64,000 bases of DNA from Terriglobia bacterium (GTDB lineage Bacteria > Acidobacteriota > Terriglobia > 20CM-2-55-15), in assembly GCA_965218585.1 (NCBI GenBank), contig CBDCLE010000010.1, positions 128,001 to 192,000 on the forward strand, written 5' to 3'. This document shows, piece by piece, positions 60,236 through 64,000 of this stretch (positions within the stretch are counted from its first letter, which is position 1; every line of letters begins with the position of its first letter). Made by a program: the position numbers and the translations under genes. The notes under the pieces are model-generated. The model did no database searches. It saw only the letters and a list, made by a program, of their open reading frames with translations, and was not told the DNA's origin.

Positions 60236-62458
60236 TCAAATCACTTCGAGCGAAGCGTACTTGGCGATCATTTTCTTCAGGCCAAAATTACTGAAACTCA
60301 CCGTTAACTTGGCATCATCGCCGGTGCCTTCCGTGCGCAGTATGGTCCCCACACCGAACTTGGGATGCTTTACGCGGGCGCCCTGGGTCCATCGCCCTCT
60401 TCCCCCGCCACGCCGGCCTCTGCTTCGGGTCGGGTTCCTGGCCTTCAGGAAATCCTGGACCGCGTTGACAGTGTTGTAGGTGTCCCCCACATAGGCCGTT
60501 CTTTCACGTGGTTCAGCTACGAAAGGCTCGGACACCTCAAGACCATCAATTAAATCCGGCGGGATTTCGTTCAGAAACCGTGAAACTTCCGAGATCATGG
60601 GCTCCATCGTCCCGAAAGTTCGACGGTAACGGGACGAACTCAAATAGAGTCGTTCTTCGGCTCGCGTCATGCCAACGTAGAAAAGTCGCCGCTCCTCCTC
60701 GAGTGAGGACTGCTCGGTGATGGATCGACTGTGGGGAAACAAGCCGTCTTCCATTCCGATGATGAATACGACGGGAAACTCGAGTCCTTTAGCGGTGTGA
60801 AGCGTCATCAGGGTCACCGGTGCCCGTTCGTCGTAGTCATCCTGGTCAGACACCAACGCAGCGTTGTCCAGGAAATCACGTAGAGTCTCACCGCGCTCGG
60901 CGCTTTCTTCGGCAGCGGTCATAAGTTCACGAATATTGTCGATCCGGCCAAGCGCTTCCTCGCTCCCTTCCTCGGTGAGAACCTCGACGTAGCGCGTCTT
61001 CTCGACGACCTTTTGAAGCAAGTCAACGGCAGAGGGCTGATCGGCCGATTCCAGAAAGTCGGTCATCAGTTCGTGAAAAGTTCCGAGGGCTCGCCTCGAC
61101 CGTAGCGCCAGACCTTCCCCATCGATCGCGATCCCGATCGCATCCCAGAGCGAGGCCTCCCTTTCCGCAGCCAGATCCAGAAGAGCATTGATCGTTGTTT
61201 TGCCGATACCGCGCGCCGGCGTGTTGATGATCCGCATCAGGTGAACCGAATCGTGAGGATTGAGAATCGAAGTCAGGTAACTGAGCAGATCCTTGATCTC
61301 GGCTCGTTCGTAGAAGCTGAATCCGCCAACCACACGGTAGGGGATATCGAACCGACGAAATATCTCTTCCAGGACACGCGAAAGAAAGTTGGTCCGGTAA
61401 AGGACAGCAATGTGACGTTCGGGATGGTTTCGGCGCTCTCCCATGACCTTCTCGGCAACGAAGGCGGCTTCCTGATCCGGATCGCGGGCTTCGAAATACT
61501 GGATCTGTTCACCGGATGCATTCTCGGTCCACAGCTGCTTGCCTTTCCGCTCCTCGTTGTTGGCGACGACGGCTCCTGCAGCCGCCAGAATCGTTTTCGT
61601 GGAACGGTAATTCTGCTCGAGCCGGACGATCTGCGTGTTCGGATAGTCCTTTTCGAAGGAGAGGATGTTCTGGATGTCCGCACCCCGCCAGCTGTAGATG
61701 GACTGGTCCTCATCTCCGACGACGCAGACGTTGCCGTGCCGTGAAGATAGATAGCGAACCAGCTTGTACTGGGTACGATTCGTGTCCTGATACTCATCCA
61801 CCATGAGGTAACGAAAACGTTCGCTGTATTTTTCTGCCACATGCGGAAACTTGCCGAAAAGCTCAACAGTCTTTCCCAGCAGGTCGTCAAAATCGAGAGC
61901 GTTGGCCTTCCTGAGCCTCTTTTCGTACTCCCCATACACCTTTGCAGTCTGTTCCCAGTCAGGCTGCCACGCGTCTTCGGCCATTTTATCCGGGCTGGTT
62001 CGCTGATTCTTCGCCGCGCTGATACGAGACTGGACGATGCGTGGGGTGACGACTTTGTCGTCCAGGGAAAGGTCTTTCATCGCAGATCGAACGACCTGAA
62101 GCTGATCATCGGAATCGTAAATCGTGAACTCGGGCCCGTAACCGAGCACCTCGATCTCCCGCCTGAGCAGGCGCACGCAGAGGGAATGGAAAGTCGAAAT
62201 CCACGCATCCGCCGACCTTGGACCACGCAGCTGATCGCGGACACGTGCCTTCATCTGGTCGGCAGCCTTGTTGGTAAAGGTGACTGCCAGAATGGATTCT
62301 GGACGAACTCCAAGGTTTTCGATCAAGTGAACGATCCGGTACGTAATGACGCGAGTCTTGCCACTGCCCGCCCCAGCGAGAATCAGAATCGGCCCGTCAA
62401 TCGCCTCAGCTGCTTCGAGCTGTTGCGGGTTCAGATGCTCTTTTAAGTCAATCCCCAT
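60236..62458 (-). CDS. pcrA: UvrD/PcrA ATP-dependent DNA helicase
   Basis: AGAGSGKT, TFTNKAA, VDEYQD, VGDEDQSIY.WRGA, NYRST, HTAKGLEF, EERRL.YV..TRA, Tudor-like C-terminus. Confidence 0.95.
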   Translation of the reverse strand: MGIDLKEHLNPQQLEAAEAIDGPILILAGAGSGKTRVITYRIVHLIENLGVRPESILAVTFTNKAADQMKARVRDQLRGPRSADAWISTFHSLCVRLLRREIEVLGYGPEFTIYDSDDQLQVVRSAMKDLSLDDKVVTPRIVQSRISAAKNQRTSPDKMAEDAWQPDWEQTAKVYGEYEKRLRKANALDFDDLLGKTVELFGKFPHVAEKYSERFRYLMVDEYQDTNRTQYKLVRYLSSRHGNVCVVGDEDQSIYSWRGADIQNILSFEKDYPNTQIVRLEQNYRSTKTILAAAGAVVANNEERKGKQLWTENASGEQIQYFEARDPDQEAAFVAEKVMGERRNHPERHIAVLYRTNFLSRVLEEIFRRFDIPYRVVGGFSFYERAEIKDLLSYLTSILNPHDSVHLMRIINTPARGIGKTTINALLDLAAEREASLWDAIGIAIDGEGLALRSRRALGTFHELMTDFLESADQPSAVDLLQKVVEKTRYVEVLTEEGSEEALGRIDNIRELMTAAEESAERGETLRDFLDNAALVSDQDDYDERAPVTLMTLHTAKGLEFPVVFIIGMEDGLFPHSRSITEQSSLEEERRLFYVGMTRAEERLYLSSSRYRRTFGTMEPMISEVSRFLNEIPPDLIDGLEVSEPFVAEPRERTAYVGDTYNTVNAVQDFLKARNPTRSRGRRGGGRGRWTQGARVKHPKFGVGTILRTEGTGDDAKLTVSFSNFGLKKMIAKYASLEVI

Positions 62459-62605
62459 CGTTACTCAGTGGTGCACGGAAGACTCAACCGAGAGGCGCAG
62501 AGGCCGCAGAGCCATTGTAATGAATCCAGTCTTGGAAGGTTAGAGCGAGAAATCGACTATGAACCCTGCGATCTCCGCGTCTCTGCGTCTCCGCGTTCGG
62601 CTCCT

Positions 62606-64000
62606 TCACTCTACAGTAACGCTTTTGGCAAGGTTGCGGGGTTGGTCCACGTCGCAGCCGCGTTGGACGGCAATCTGATAGGCAAGCAGTTGGAGAGGGA
62701 CAACCTCTAGAATAGGCAGCAGGAAGTCGGTGGCCCGCGGAACGAAAATGCAGTGATCGGACTCGTCGGCAACGTCGGTGTCACCCTCAGTAGCCACCGA
62801 AAGGATGATGCCATCCCGCGACTTCACTTCCCTGACGTTGTTAAGTACTTTTTCGTAAATCTGGCCCGATGCCTCCCGCCCCTCGTCCTTGGTGACGACA
62901 AATACAACAGGCAGATCGCCATCGATGAGCGCGTTGGGTCCGTGCTTCATTTCGCCCGCCGGATATCCCTCGGCATGAATGTAGGAAATTTCTTTCAGTT
63001 TCAACGCACCTTCAAGGGCTATCGGGAAATGGATACCGCGTCCCAGGAAGAGAAAGTCGTTGGAGTGCGCCAGCGAACGGGCGATATTTTCAATCTGAGG
63101 CGAGGCATCCAGAACCTTCTCGATCTTGGGAGGGAGCGCAGTCAACTCCGACAAGGCCCTGCCAATTTCGTCGGGAGTCATCGTCTGGTGTGACCTGCCC
63201 AGCTGCAGCGCCAGCAGGTACAGGGCGGCCATCTGAGTGACAAACGCTTTTGTCGACGCCACGCCGATTTCAGGGCCGGCGCGCGTATAGAGGACGCCAT
63301 CGGCCAGTCGCGTGGTCATCGACCCTACGACGTTCGTGATCGTCAGGACCTTGAAGCCCATCTCGCGCACCAGTTTCTGGGCTGCGATGGTGTCGGCTGT
63401 TTCGCCGGACTGCGTGATCACGACAAAGAGCGTATCCGGATCGACGACAGGACTCCGATACCTGAATTCACTGGCGTAGTCCACTTGCACGGGCACGTGG
63501 GCCATAGCCTCGATCATGTACTTCCCTGCCAGGCAGGAGTGCCAGCTCGTTCCGCATCCGAGGAGGCAGATGTTTTTGAAGCTCTTCCAGTCTCGGTCGG
63601 AAAATCCAACTTCGTCGAGATGCACTTCGTTGGACTCCAACCCCAACCGTCCCACAAGCGTCTCGCTGACGGCTTCGGGTTGCTCGTGGATCTCTTTTAA
63701 CATGAAATGCTTGTAACCACCCTTCTCGGCCTGCACCGGGTCCCAGGTGATGTGATTGAAGTGCAACGCGCGCTCGTCGCCGGCAAAATCCATCAAACGG
63801 ATCTGGTCAGGTTCGACCACGGCCAGTTCACCGTCGTCCAGGAACAGCAGGTCACGCGTATGGGGGAGCAGCGCGGGTATGTCGGATGCAACGAAGCCTT
63901 CTCCGTTGACGCGACCGATAACCGTGGGTGGGCCGTCACGTCCGGTCACTATTTTTTGCGGATCGTCTGCCGAGATCGCCGAGAAGGCAAACAGTCCTCG
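62606..64000 (-). CDS. glmS: Glutamine-fructose-6-phosphate aminotransferase, 5' end outside the window
   Basis: HFMLKEIHEQP, QSGETADT, GVASTKAF, LKLKEISYIHAEG, PRNLAKSVTVE. Confidence 0.97.
   Translation of the reverse strand, partial: RGLFAFSAISADDPQKIVTGRDGPPTVIGRVNGEGFVASDIPALLPHTRDLLFLDDGELAVVEPDQIRLMDFAGDERALHFNHITWDPVQAEKGGYKHFMLKEIHEQPEAVSETLVGRLGLESNEVHLDEVGFSDRDWKSFKNICLLGCGTSWHSCLAGKYMIEAMAHVPVQVDYASEFRYRSPVVDPDTLFVVITQSGETADTIAAQKLVREMGFKVLTITNVVGSMTTRLADGVLYTRAGPEIGVASTKAFVTQMAALYLLALQLGRSHQTMTPDEIGRALSELTALPPKIEKVLDASPQIENIARSLAHSNDFLFLGRGIHFPIALEGALKLKEISYIHAEGYPAGEMKHGPNALIDGDLPVVFVVTKDEGREASGQIYEKVLNNVREVKSRDGIILSVATEGDTDVADESDHCIFVPRATDFLLPILEVVPLQLLAYQIAVQRGCDVDQPRNLAKSVTVE

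Overview
Bacterial DNA of moderately high GC. The gene content points to an Acidobacteriota-like organism, possibly host-associated such as a sponge symbiont. This is an inference from the Oar-like TonB receptor, DUF6152-type proteins, and the NHL, ankyrin and SwmB-like repeats. Positions 1-4 kb and 33-44 kb encode mostly secreted proteins of unknown function. Positions 4-33 kb are a heavily rearranged mobile-element zone with IS1380, three IS256, IS21, IS5/IS6/IS3/Tn3 relics, a group II intron, HicAB and FitAB/VapBC toxin-antitoxin pairs, a broken rloAB pair and flagellar relics. Positions 44-64 kb are mostly core genes (arnT-like, lpxL, htpX, glcDEF, eno, ruvAB, pcrA/uvrD, glmS) with a compact bacterial microcompartment (BMC) operon embedded. 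The strongest signals are: (1) three IS110/IS1111-type elements of two families whose long 3' non-coding ends contain hairpins with internal loops matching their own insertion flanks and circle junctions, i.e. RNA guides (bridge/seekRNA) readable directly from the sequence; (2) a minimal aldolase plus 1 BMC-H plus 3 BMC-P microcompartment coupled to ruvAB; (3) one multi-stem palindromic motif shared near the ends of two unrelated IS families; (4) a 31-bp hairpin/RBS tandem repeat in front of the cyclase-enolase genes; (5) a recurring uncharacterised periplasmic module (His-His DUF6152-type proteins plus DGRPHP-family proteins). All calls are by eye from motifs; no searches were run.
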